A stretch of DNA of 64,000 bases, taken from NCBI GenBank assembly GCA_035714565.1, contig DASTLX010000040.1, forward strand, positions 14,306 through 78,305, written 5' to 3'. Positions 50,201-60,857 of the stretch are shown here, one piece after another (position 1 is the first letter of the stretch; each line of letters starts with the position of its first letter). The notes beneath the pieces were generated by a model that saw only the letters and a list, made by a program, of their open reading frames with translations, had not been told where the DNA came from and did no database searches. The position numbers and the translations under genes were made by a program. This DNA is from Allosphingosinicella sp. (GTDB lineage Bacteria > Pseudomonadota > Alphaproteobacteria > Sphingomonadales > Sphingomonadaceae).

Positions 50201-53114
50201 AACCTGGGCGCCGGCTGCCGCGGCGGGAGGCCCCGGAGTCGCCCAGAATCGGCTGACCCTCTGGTCCAGATGCGGCTTCGACAGCTTTCGCAACACCGGC
50301 ATGGACTATGCGGACTGGTTCGCCGGCCAGTTCGGCGGCCCGGCCGGCTATCCCTGCGTGCCGACCCCGGCCGAGATGTGCCTGGACTTCCAGGACGTGC
50401 CTCTCGGACCGTGCACTTCCCCCTTCACGCATCCGGACCATCCGGGCGTGATCTTCGCCTGTCCGCCGCCGCCCCCGACTGTGCCGCCGCAGCCGATGGT
50501 CATCCGCCAGGTGCCCGGTTCGGGGGAGAGGGCGCTCTGCATGAACTTCCGCGGCAACATGGACATCCTGTTCCCCAAGGGCGCCGAACACATCCGCATC
50601 CGCACCCTTCATTACGCCAACATGGCGCCGCCGGAGGTGACGGCGACCAGCCCGGACGGACATCCGGTAGAGCCGAGCTCGCTGGAAACCGGGACGCAGG
50701 ACGGGGGAATGCATTTTCAAGTCACCCGCTTCGACAGCGGCCGGATCGGCCGCCTGCACGTCGGGCCCACGCCCTTCTGCCTCGCCGAGTTGTGCGGGGC
50801 GTTCGGCCCCGGAACCGCGCAGATCGAAGCGACCAGCCACAACCAGGCGGCGACCGGCCTTTGGTCCGGCAAGGGGAAGGTCCTCGAACCCCACACAATC
50901 TATCGGCTGCGCGTCGCCACCCGGATGAAGGTCTCCGATTTCAAGCATGGCGGAGGGCTCAACGGCGACCACGACGCCGCCCAGGCGGCCTTCTTCCGGA
51001 CACAGGGCCCGCCCGGCCTCGTCGCCCTGAGCAAGCCGCTCGAACCGCCCAGCGCCACCGCCGACAGCGCGCTCGACGACCTCGGCCTCTACGTCGAGCA
51101 GACCGTCCCGCCGACGGTGCCGCCGCGCGGACGGCCGCCGGTCCTGCCGAGGCCCGTCTACCGGGCCTACGACGTCGGCGTGGCCTTCAACGAGGATTAT
51201 GTCGACCTCATGTACCGGCTCGCCGGCCGCGACCTCGCGCTCATCCTCTACGACCGCAACAACAACCCCGTCCGCGGCCGCAACGGCGGAGTCGCGGTGG
51301 CGGAGAATCCTTGGGGAGTCGTCGAGAAAGGCGGCCTCACCGAGACGGAGACACGCTGGCTGGCGCTGATCGACGCCAGTAGCTGCGTCCCAGACGTCGA
51401 CAGGGCCCAGATCCCGAAGGACCTGACCCTGGCCGCTCCGGCCGAGGTGCTCGCGCCCGACGCGCTCTACCAGGCCCGGCTCGCCCCCTTGCTCCTGCAC
51501 GAGGATTTCGCCCGGATCGAATCCGGCACCGGCCGCTGGCAGGTCCACGATTTCCCGGCCGCCGGCGGCCCGTCCGTCTGGTCGATCGCCCACAGCACCA
51601 ATCCTGTGGCGTCGAACCTGGTCCAGAAAAGCGTCATCGGGAACCTCTCCAGCGGCAATGCGGCCCCGTGGGGCACCGCGGCGGTGTTGGGCGCCGATCC
51701 GAGAGCCCCGGCCGAGGCTCCGTCCTCCTGGACCGACTATCGCGTCTCCGCCTGGCTCCAGTCCGGCAGCGGCGGCGCGCTGGGCCTCGCCTTCCGCTGG
51801 GCCGGACCGGGCGATTTCCATCTGTTCGCGATGGATGCCGCCGCCGGGCGGCGGCTTTACCGTGTCGCCGGCGGGGTTCGGACTCTGCTCGCCCAGGACC
51901 CGGTCCTTTTCGTCCCCAACCGCGCCTATCAGGCCGTCGTCGAAGCGATCGGCGGAGCGCTCAGAATCTGGGTCGACGGCGAGCCGGTCTTCGACCTCCA
52001 GGATCCGGGGGCGCCCGCCGCCGGAACCGTCGCCCTGCATTGCTCGGGGACGGCGAGCGCGCTCTTCTCGGACGTTCGGGTCCACGACCTTTCCAAGGCG
52101 GCGAAGTCGGTCCACGATTTCAGCTTCACGACCTCGCGCTTCGTCAATTTCCACGATCACCTTCACAGCCACGACGACGACAGCTGGCCGGGGCCCTGCA
52201 CCCTTCCGGGCGCGGATGTCGCGGCGGCCGCCGGAGCTTCCGCGGCGGCCCTCGCCGACCCGGTCGGAGACGGCGAAGCGCGGGCGTTCGAGGCCCTGGC
52301 CGACCATGTCCTCGGATCGCGCGCCCGCCAGGAGGCGCCCCGCACCGAGACCTATCGGGTCGAGAACGCCGCCGCCGGCCTCATCGGCCTGCTCCTGCGC
52401 AGCCCCGAGCCCCTCGACTATGCCCGGCTTTCGCTCTCGCTCCTCCGCCTCGCCGCGGAGGCCCCCGCCTCGATCGCTCCGGCCCGGGTCAAGCTGATCG
52501 GCGCGACCCTCGGCGCCGCCGCGCCGGCGGACGAGGTCGTCACCCTACTCGTCCGCCAGTCGGCCAACCTCAGCGGCTGGCGCCTCCAGGCGCGCCAGGC
52601 CATGCCCGGCGACCAGGTCCCGCTCGCCGATCCGGCGGCCCTGTGGGAGACGGTCTTCGAATTCGGCGCCGAGCCCGCGCCGGCGGACGCCACGCTCGTC
52701 CGAATCCGCTCGGGCAACCCCTCGACCGGCCCGGCCGACGGCCGGCGTCGCCTCGAGCGCTACCGCGCCTCGGCCGGCGCGCCCGGCGACATCAGGCTCG
52801 GCGGCGACGCCGTCGACCTTCGCCTGGTCGATCGCTCGGGCCGCGTCGAACATGCCCGGCGCTTCTTCCGCGACGCGCTCTACACGCCCGTCCCGGCGCG
52901 CTTCCTTCGCAAGGCGGACGGGACGGCGCTGTTCCTGATCGCCGCCGGCCAGGCCGGATCGCTTCTGCCGCAGGGAGCGCTCCGACTAAGCTTCCTCTAT
53001 CGCAAGGACAACCGGGTCGCCGTGCCCGACAGCCTCGTCCTCGCCGAAGGCGGCGACCGCTCGCCGGAGTCGGCGGTGCTCGACATTCCCACCCGGTCGC
53101 CCGCCGCGGCCTAG
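47292..53114 (+). CDS. Giant beta-rich protein with C-terminal ConA/lectin-like domain
   Basis: 1940-aa open frame; long run of alternating hydrophobic strands in the N-terminal half; WTDYRV...GLAFR...IWVDG...FSDVRV jelly-roll pattern. Confidence 0.75.
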   Translation: MTVHSLSGVISEVASTFPLDAGDGAALAESLNDLIGGQSGSGFFDVCVEAYPGTLLIECFFISAPIPVTLPGIGDFSISIGQVDELELETAIILDALGARISIFDAPIYLRFPPGGLLTPVMKTGDTWEPDCNPDGSAKGLLLAFSGIELELTSDGKLTATTDLKIDLPPVQIGNSGVVVEMKGLGLALSDGVALPQGVPAGSRGCTVDSLVVHLPKSIQGNFVPGEIAASDLFVGTGGFTGKLSAAWTAGKPIRFAGVDCTLSSLNFEFRQNSLVAAKLECKMVLPFFDGPVDVEIGLSDDGDFTVGIASQDGLATLSIQGVLDLELDALKLTVDDGLFTVGLSGMIIPRIQALKVPPIRVDNLTIDSEGNVDLPGGWLELPSQYALDFNGFKISITRFGLGRSPNGEKWIGFSGGIKLVDGLPAGVSVDGLRISCDEAWKHPKVTLQGVGVELEIKDVLYFKGAVAYREPNPGESRFDGSIKLELKSLKFKLDGEFVVGNTVTYRYMALYIGVDLPTGLPVLSTGLAVFGMEGLFALRMAPNKKPAEPWYAITPGACWYKDHGGVGVLPFANKWDPVPVGKAFGAGLTFGTLSDNGYTISARALFVGIFPGPVFMIQGAANLLKDRSKLGDDPLFRSLAVYDGKAGTLLVGLDVSYKYDATGKLIKLSSGTEAYYEFANPKAWRINLGLKTPSEQRIQAKLFSMFDANAYLMLNARQVAMGCWVGYDKKWQFGPLKVALSAWMESNVVVSFKPMQFYGDMALHGGVELSAFGFGFSLTVDARVEAEIFHPKHLLAELDVTLNLPAPLPKKKRRLTAHCRIEYGPTPDAPPIPVALKGVSIEHLKVSTTWPLPAGANALLKPDYDDGQGFLATPSGDMNVLPANIPVVPLDCRPSIHFTRDVHDEANIGAVVQLPNPEWEWIGDPDKKQGSARVRYALTSVMLDKWTPAGWKPVAGKGEGASGLPPLFGTWAPAAAAGGPGVAQNRLTLWSRCGFDSFRNTGMDYADWFAGQFGGPAGYPCVPTPAEMCLDFQDVPLGPCTSPFTHPDHPGVIFACPPPPPTVPPQPMVIRQVPGSGERALCMNFRGNMDILFPKGAEHIRIRTLHYANMAPPEVTATSPDGHPVEPSSLETGTQDGGMHFQVTRFDSGRIGRLHVGPTPFCLAELCGAFGPGTAQIEATSHNQAATGLWSGKGKVLEPHTIYRLRVATRMKVSDFKHGGGLNGDHDAAQAAFFRTQGPPGLVALSKPLEPPSATADSALDDLGLYVEQTVPPTVPPRGRPPVLPRPVYRAYDVGVAFNEDYVDLMYRLAGRDLALILYDRNNNPVRGRNGGVAVAENPWGVVEKGGLTETETRWLALIDASSCVPDVDRAQIPKDLTLAAPAEVLAPDALYQARLAPLLLHEDFARIESGTGRWQVHDFPAAGGPSVWSIAHSTNPVASNLVQKSVIGNLSSGNAAPWGTAAVLGADPRAPAEAPSSWTDYRVSAWLQSGSGGALGLAFRWAGPGDFHLFAMDAAAGRRLYRVAGGVRTLLAQDPVLFVPNRAYQAVVEAIGGALRIWVDGEPVFDLQDPGAPAAGTVALHCSGTASALFSDVRVHDLSKAAKSVHDFSFTTSRFVNFHDHLHSHDDDSWPGPCTLPGADVAAAAGASAAALADPVGDGEARAFEALADHVLGSRARQEAPRTETYRVENAAAGLIGLLLRSPEPLDYARLSLSLLRLAAEAPASIAPARVKLIGATLGAAAPADEVVTLLVRQSANLSGWRLQARQAMPGDQVPLADPAALWETVFEFGAEPAPADATLVRIRSGNPSTGPADGRRRLERYRASAGAPGDIRLGGDAVDLRLVDRSGRVEHARRFFRDALYTPVPARFLRKADGTALFLIAAGQAGSLLPQGALRLSFLYRKDNRVAVPDSLVLAEGGDRSPESAVLDIPTRSPAAA

Positions 53115-53145
53115 GACGTACTCCTCCCGGCCGGGCGATCGGCGC

Positions 53146-53835
53146 CTAGAAGGCGAATTCCGGGTTCGCGGCCATCTCGGGCTCGTTGCCGGTCCCCATG
53201 ATCTCGAAGGCGACATAGGTCGAGGTGCCGTCGACGCTCTCGACGAAGAAGATTTCGCCGTAGGTGTTGGTGTCCTGGAACTCGTCGTGGGCGCTCGACG
53301 CGGTGTAGGTCCAGTTGCCGTTCTCGTCGATCGTGAAGGTGCCGTAGACGCCTTCCTGAGTTCCGGCGACGAACAGCTCGGGGCTGTCGACGTCCGAAAT
53401 GGTGAGGGTGCCCGAGGTCGAGATGTCCTCGGCGGTGTCGCCTTCGGTCATCTGCACGAAGGCCGAGGAAAGGACGGCCGGGTCGTTCGTCCCGACGATG
53501 AGGACCTCGACGGTGGCGGTGCTCAGGCTGCCGTCCGCGAGCCGGATCGTGTAGGTGAAGCTGTCCGTGGCCGTTTCGCCCTCGGCCAGATAGTCGAACG
53601 CGGTTCCAGGTTTGTAGACGACCATGGGTTGGATCCCGGTGGTCTGCACCATGGCGCCGGAAGGCAGGTCGTCGAACCTGAATTCATTGGTCGGATCGTC
53701 CTGGTCGAGCGAGAAGATCGTGCTGGCCGAGCCGCGATCGTTGGCGAGGACGTCGATGACGACGTACTGGTTCTCCGTCGTCGTGACGCTGTCGTTCTGG
53801 GCGTGGGCTTTGAACTGGACCTTGTCCTTGGGCAT
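53146..53835 (-). CDS. VCBS/cadherin-like repeat protein
   Basis: FDYLAEGETATDSFTYTI...GTND and YGTFTIDENGNWTY; GGGAGG SD. Confidence 0.85.
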   Translation of the reverse strand: MPKDKVQFKAHAQNDSVTTTENQYVVIDVLANDRGSASTIFSLDQDDPTNEFRFDDLPSGAMVQTTGIQPMVVYKPGTAFDYLAEGETATDSFTYTIRLADGSLSTATVEVLIVGTNDPAVLSSAFVQMTEGDTAEDISTSGTLTISDVDSPELFVAGTQEGVYGTFTIDENGNWTYTASSAHDEFQDTNTYGEIFFVESVDGTSTYVAFEIMGTGNEPEMAANPEFAF

Positions 53836-54087
53836 GGCTTCCTCCCTGAGTGCGGTCGCGCAGGCGAGGCGTTTCGGCATGGCTGTTTTTCAGGCGCCTC
53901 GACCCGAGCATTGCGAGAACCCGCGAGGGGAAGGCGATGTTCCTGCGGCGTCGGCTCGGTCCGCAGGCAAGTCCCGGGTTGAAACGGCGTTCGCCCGCCC
54001 GGTCGGGCCGGAGTGAAAGCGATTCGGTGCGCGGCGGTCGGCGTAAAGCATCTCGACGGAGCGGCCCGCTCCCGTCATGTAGAAGCC

Positions 54088-55284
54088 ATGACAGGGGGTC
54101 TGGAGAGCATCGGCGAGGCGGTGACGGGCGGCCTCGCCGCGCGCGCCGTGGAGCCCGCGGCCGGCGAGGGCGTGGGCGGGGCTCACGGCGCCTGCCTCAA
54201 TTGCGGCACCGAGCTGATCGGCCCCCATTGCCACCGATGCGGCCAGGCGGCCCACGTCCACCGGACCCTGACCGCCTTCTGGCACGACCTCGCCCACAGC
54301 GTTCTCCATTTCGACGGGAAATTGTGGCGGACCCTGCCGCTGCTCGCCTGGCGGCCCGGGGAGCTGACCCGCCGCTACGTCGCCGGCCACCGCGCCAGCT
54401 TCGTCTCGCCCATGGCCCTGTTCCTCTTCTCCGTATTCCTGATGTTCGCCGTCTTCTCCACGATCGGCGGCCCGATCCGCAACGGGTCGTCGATCAGGAA
54501 ATCGCAGACCCCGGCCGAGGAGCGGGCGGAGGCGAGGCGCGATTTCGCCGCGGAACGGGCCGAAAGCGTGGAGGAGATCAGCCGCTTGCGGGCGGAGCGG
54601 GCGTCGATGGTGGCGGCGAGAGAGCCGACCACGGAGATCGACGCCGAACTGAAGCGCGCGGAGGCCGAGCTGGCGCTCAAGGAGCGGCTGTTCAACCAGG
54701 CGCTCGCGCTCATCGACGGCGAGGAGAAGCGCGAGGCCGCGGAAGCGAAAGCGGACGAGGAGGCGGTCGCGGGGCCGGTCAGGAAGGCGGCCGAGAAGGC
54801 CGATGCCGGCGATGCGACGGTCGTCGCCGGGGCGGATTCGCTCAACGAATGGCTCACCAAGTCCTACCGCAAGGCCAAGGAGAACCCCAAGCTGCTCGCC
54901 TACAAGCTGCAGACCAACGCCTACAAATTCTCATGGGCGCTGATCCCGATCTCGGTGCCCTTCCTGTGGCTGCTGTTCCTCCACCGCCGCCGCTACCGAA
55001 GCTACAAGGCCTACGACCACACCGTCTTCGTCACCTATTCGATCGCGTTCATGAGCCTGGGAGTGATCGCGCTGAGCTTCCTTCGGCTGCTCGGAGCCCC
55101 GGACGTGTTCGCGGTCCTGGCGATGACCTTCGTGCCCCCGATCCACATGTATCGCCAGCTTCGGGGCGCCTATGCCCTGTCGGCCTGGAGCGCCTTGTGG
55201 CGAACCTTCGTCCTCATCAACTTCGCCTTCATCGCCGCCGGGCTGTTCTTCACCGGCCTGCTCGCACTGGGCATGCTCGGCTAG
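54088..55284 (+). CDS. DUF3667-domain membrane protein
   Basis: CLNCG...CHRCGQ zinc ribbon, PGELTRRY, several TM helices. Confidence 0.85.
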   Translation: MTGGLESIGEAVTGGLAARAVEPAAGEGVGGAHGACLNCGTELIGPHCHRCGQAAHVHRTLTAFWHDLAHSVLHFDGKLWRTLPLLAWRPGELTRRYVAGHRASFVSPMALFLFSVFLMFAVFSTIGGPIRNGSSIRKSQTPAEERAEARRDFAAERAESVEEISRLRAERASMVAAREPTTEIDAELKRAEAELALKERLFNQALALIDGEEKREAAEAKADEEAVAGPVRKAAEKADAGDATVVAGADSLNEWLTKSYRKAKENPKLLAYKLQTNAYKFSWALIPISVPFLWLLFLHRRRYRSYKAYDHTVFVTYSIAFMSLGVIALSFLRLLGAPDVFAVLAMTFVPPIHMYRQLRGAYALSAWSALWRTFVLINFAFIAAGLFFTGLLALGMLG

Positions 55285-55652
55285 CTCCGGCAGGGATATT
55301 TGCGCGCCATCAGGGCGCGGAGCGCGTCCCTGACCTGGAGCCGCGGACGCTTCGCGGCCGGGATGGTGCGGAAGGCGGCCAGTATCTCGTTGCTGGTCAG
55401 CGCCTGCTCGGCCGGCGGGCAGTAAGCGGGCTTGCGCCGCGCCTTCTGAGCCGCCAGCCGCTCCGCCCGAAGCGCCGCCGCCTGGGTCTCGATCTCGCTC
55501 TTGAGCAACTTATAGTCGCTCGACATGAGCGCCATCATACCCTGCTTCTGGAGGGCCTCGGCCTTGGCGAGGAAAGTGGCGACGTCCATCGCCTGCGCGG
55601 CGCCGGCCGGGACCGCCGCCAGCAGGGCCGCGGCGAGCAGCTTCTTCTTCAC
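55281..55652 (-). CDS. Hypothetical secreted helical protein
   Basis: Signal peptide ending AQA, YCPP and YPC Cys pair. Confidence 0.75.
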   Translation of the reverse strand: MKKKLLAAALLAAVPAGAAQAMDVATFLAKAEALQKQGMMALMSSDYKLLKSEIETQAAALRAERLAAQKARRKPAYCPPAEQALTSNEILAAFRTIPAAKRPRLQVRDALRALMARKYPCRS

Positions 55653-55728
55653 TCGATTTCCCCTCCCGGATGAGGCGGCCAGGGGAGCGCGCGGCGCCTG
55701 AACGCCGCTTGAACGCTCTCCCGGGTGG

Positions 55729-57693
<1,965 letters not shown>

Positions 57694-57751
57694 ACGATTT
57701 CTCCTGAGGCGCTTGCGCGCCGGCGCGGCCTTCCTCGCCGCTTCGCCCCTA

Positions 57752-57780
57752 AAATAGGATTTTACGGGGCTTTGGCAATG
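57752..57780 (-). promoter_or_regulatory. RpoH (sigma-32)-type promoter of ftsH
   Basis: caTTG-N17-CCTATTT, close to the alphaproteobacterial CTTG-N17-CCTATNT pattern. Confidence 0.65.
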
Positions 57781-58264
57781 TCGGTGCGGCTTGTAGCGGG
57801 GGCGGGTGAACGGCGCCTTAGCGTCTCGAAGCCCCTGCGTACGCATTTCCGTAATGCCGGACTTGCTTCAGCATCCAGGGCCGAGCCGCCCCAAACCCGT
57901 CGCCATTGCATCGCGCGTGTTTCCTCCAAGGCGGAACGCTCTGGATCTTTTGGGGGAAGACGCGAAGGCGCGAAGGGACAAGGTAGCTGAAGTGCGCGCT
58001 CTCCGTCGCGCCGCGGCGCCCTTGCGCCTTCTCTTGGAATCGGCGCCTGAGGCGCCCCGCGGGGCCAACGCCGCGTCCGACCCGGAAACCGCGCACCGGC
58101 ATCGGCCGTACCGAGCTCGTCGGCCGTGGCGGGTTTATGTCGGACGCCGTCCGGCCTGTTGCCGATCGCTTGGGATGCGCGACCTGCATTCGGCGGATAA
58201 ACGAAATTCGTATTTATGCTACTACATAATTGTGCTAGAGTTCGCCGTCGGGTAAAAAACGTGC

Positions 58265-58540
58265 GTGGAAATCGGCTTCGACCCGGCGAAGCGGGTGCGC
58301 AATCTGGCCAAACATGGTCTCGACCTCGCCGATGCCGGGGAGGTGCTCGAGCGCCGGTGCCTCGAGATCGTCGACGACCGCAGCGACCGGGGCGAAGTGC
58401 GGTTCATGTCGGTGGGGTTGCTGGGCGGTGTGATCGTCGTGCGCACCTGAGTAGATAGAGGCGCCTCGGCGCGGATGATTTCGCTTCGGAAGGCGAACAG
58501 GGATGAGCAGGAAGAGTATTTCAGATTCCTCTTCGGTTGA
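58265..58540 (+). pseudogene. brnT: BrnT family toxin with in-frame TGA at 58448-58450
   Basis: FDPAKRVRNLAKHG...GEVRF; the frame continues after the stop as VDRGASARMISLRKANRDEQEEY. Confidence 0.85.
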
Positions 58541-58925
58541 GCCGGGAGCCGAACCGGACGAGGATTTCGACGAGGCGCCGGAGCTCGACGGCGACTTCTT
58601 CGAGCGGGCCCAGATCAGCTTCAAGGGCCATATCATCCGCGAGGCGAACGGGACGCTGACCAAGCGCGGCCGGCCGCCGCTGGGCGATGCCGCCAAGGTC
58701 CAGCAGTCGCTCCGGCTGTCGCCCGAGGTGCTGGACTATTTCCGCTCGACCGGGCCCGGCTGGCAGGCGCGGATCGACGAGGTGCTTCGGATCCACGTGA
58801 GGATGGTGGGCGAGATGCGGCGGAGCGTGGCCGAGGCGATGAAGGCCGAGCCGCGGTTGGCGGAGGAGCAGGAGCGCTTCCGGGGGGGGCGGGGAAAAAG
58901 GCCGTTAGGCGGGCAGTCCAGATGA
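58503..58925 (+). CDS. brnA: BrnA family antitoxin
   Basis: RGRPP...SLRLSPEVLDYFRSTGPGWQARIDEVLR. Confidence 0.92.
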   Translation: MSRKSISDSSSVEPGAEPDEDFDEAPELDGDFFERAQISFKGHIIREANGTLTKRGRPPLGDAAKVQQSLRLSPEVLDYFRSTGPGWQARIDEVLRIHVRMVGEMRRSVAEAMKAEPRLAEEQERFRGGRGKRPLGGQSR

Positions 58926-58985
58926 AGAGCGACTTCACCCAGGGTTGGAGGGGTCTGCGTCGGGTTTGCGCTTATCGCATGACAC
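58918..58985 (-). pseudogene. Degenerate, frameshifted duplicate of the ftsH 5' end
   Basis: Reads VSCDKRKPDADPSN(P, -1 nt)WVKSLFIW versus [24 protein letters not shown] at 57622-57693. Confidence 0.85.
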
Positions 58986-59006
58986 GTCTTGGGATCTGGG
59001 AAAACG

Positions 59007-59873
59007 TCACTCCAGAAACAGATCAGCCTGAACTGGTATTGATAGAATCCGTGCGACGTCCCTTGGACTTTCAGCTATGTAATCGGGACCCACAGCGGGA
59101 GCAGCTTCCATCGCGACCTGATCTGAAGTCCACGGGGTTATCTCCAGCAAAGTCGCGTAATTTACCGGGTCAACTTCAGTTCCATACTTCGCCCAGATCG
59201 TAGAAGCCCCTAGTGAAGCGGCTGGCTGCAAATCCTTAGACAAACTATCACCAACCGAATAGTATTGTCGCTCATCCCCAAAATGTTCCAAGATACGCAT
59301 AAATGGGTAGGAAGACGGCTTCACGTCAGGTGTTTGTAAAATTTCAAACAGGTGGAGCCGCTGATCAAGGCTTGCCCGCATGTCGCTGTGCTTCCGAACA
59401 TGTTCTTCCCGACTTGCGTCAACAGGCCGGCCCTCCCACGCCACTAGGCCATCAATCTTTGTGAGGATGCCTAGACGATGGAGGCGCTGACCCACTTGGT
59501 AATAGGGCGCGTTGGTAGCGCATACGCAAGTCCAACCACTAGCCCGAGCAGACATAATGAGGTTAATGATGCCGGGATATAATTGTAATCTTCTACGTCT
59601 ATTTATAGAAAAGACGGTTCGGACGAGGTCTATTAAGCGGTCCACCTCATTTGGCGGCCGTTCGGAAAATATGTCCATTTCCTGGACTAGAAACGGGTAC
59701 TCAAGTGTTCCTGCGGCTTGGTAGACTGCTTTCGCACTTCGGATTATCTCAACCTCCTGAAGGTCGGCCTCCCTGGCAAGCACATGCACCATCGACCGAA
59801 ATGAGGGAGCGAAAAAATCGACGAAATTGTAAAGCGTATTGTCTACGTCGAAAATTAGAACTCCTGGCTTCAT
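59007..59873 (-). CDS. HAD superfamily phosphatase
   Basis: FDVDNT, ATNA, VKPS, GDSLSKD (motifs I-IV). Confidence 0.9.
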   Translation of the reverse strand: MKPGVLIFDVDNTLYNFVDFFAPSFRSMVHVLAREADLQEVEIIRSAKAVYQAAGTLEYPFLVQEMDIFSERPPNEVDRLIDLVRTVFSINRRRRLQLYPGIINLIMSARASGWTCVCATNAPYYQVGQRLHRLGILTKIDGLVAWEGRPVDASREEHVRKHSDMRASLDQRLHLFEILQTPDVKPSSYPFMRILEHFGDERQYYSVGDSLSKDLQPAASLGASTIWAKYGTEVDPVNYATLLEITPWTSDQVAMEAAPAVGPDYIAESPRDVARILSIPVQADLFLE

Positions 59874-60361
59874 GCCCGAAGCAGGAGGTCAATCTGTGAA
59901 TGAAGCTCCTCCTCGGTGAGGTCCTCATTCGCTATTATAGCCTCGAACTCGGAAGCCGAGAGTTCCCTTTCAGATGGATGCTCAAAATCGCACGAGGTGA
60001 CAGCTTGACCCCGATTTTTCAGGCGCCGTTCACGCTCTCTCGGGGAGCATTCGATATGCCAAACAACAAAGCCGGCGCTATGAACCCGATCAATATCAGA
60101 CCTGTACCGGACGCTGTCCAACACTACCCGCTCGCCGCGCACGTTGCGAAGGGCAGCAGTTATGAACAGGCCGCTGTCGACCGCTCGTACCATCTCTGAC
60201 ACGCGATTAAGAGAACCTTTATCCTCTCTGCCAAACAGCAAGGCGGCGATCTTCCGGCAAATCTCACCCGTAGAGGCCGACACGAATCCATGCCGCTGCT
60301 GTAGGTAGCGTGCTACGCTGCTTTTGCCTGATCCGGAGGCGCCGCTAAGTGCAATCTTCAC
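59870..60361 (-). CDS. P-loop nucleoside monophosphate kinase-like protein
   Basis: GASGSGKS, VLDSVRY..D, lid RERRLKNR; GTG start. Confidence 0.82.
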   Translation of the reverse strand: MKIALSGASGSGKSSVARYLQQRHGFVSASTGEICRKIAALLFGREDKGSLNRVSEMVRAVDSGLFITAALRNVRGERVVLDSVRYRSDIDRVHSAGFVVWHIECSPRERERRLKNRGQAVTSCDFEHPSERELSASEFEAIIANEDLTEEELHSQIDLLLRA

Positions 60362-60857
60362 CCGCTCGCTCCACCGCCCACAACGTCGCACCGGTAGCGC
60401 GAAGAGGGTCGTCCCTCAATACCACTCCGCCGCTCATGATTTCGCCAACCCCCGCTGCGGTCGGTATCGTAGGGATGTCCGCGAGACGCAGCGTAGGAAC
60501 CTGCCGGACCGCGTCGATACGCGTGAGCTCGAACCAAGCCGGGCAGACGCTTTCATGCATGTATGCTGGGGTGAGGTCCACCTGCGGGGACCGGATTCTG
60601 TATCCGCCTGGAAGGGCTGAAATCCTCCTCAACTCGGCACTGTACAGTTCGCGAGCGTCACTGTGATATAGAAAAATCTCAAGTTCACTTTCCACCAAAG
60701 ACTTGGATATTTCAATTAAGGTATCTGTGGGCACCCGCTCTTCTTTTCGCTTGAGCCAACCCCACCACACGGATCCATGCTGCTCAATCACCTCCAGATG
60801 TCGCTGAATCGTTTCTCCATCCGGAATGCTAATATCCCTGAACCACAAAAGGATCAT
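60345..60857 (-). CDS. Hypothetical protein with VWWGW motif (possible PUA/EVE-like nucleotide reader)
   Basis: Overlaps both neighbours; ETIQRH..VIEQHGSVWWGW, TPAYM and WFEL aromatic motifs. Confidence 0.7.
   Translation of the reverse strand: MILLWFRDISIPDGETIQRHLEVIEQHGSVWWGWLKRKEERVPTDTLIEISKSLVESELEIFLYHSDARELYSAELRRISALPGGYRIRSPQVDLTPAYMHESVCPAWFELTRIDAVRQVPTLRLADIPTIPTAAGVGEIMSGGVVLRDDPLRATGATLWAVERAGEDCT

Noticed and set aside
47595..52307. 1570-aa minus-strand ORF
   Set aside because: Antisense shadow of the 1940-aa gene; its composition is typical of a reverse frame.
42111..53114. Prophage tail or contractile injection system
   Set aside because: No sheath, tube, baseplate, terminase or VgrG/PAAR motifs recognised.
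58633..58938. 101-aa minus-strand ORF starting KSLFIW
   Set aside because: Only its first residues are meaningful (ftsH remnant); the rest is antisense to brnA.
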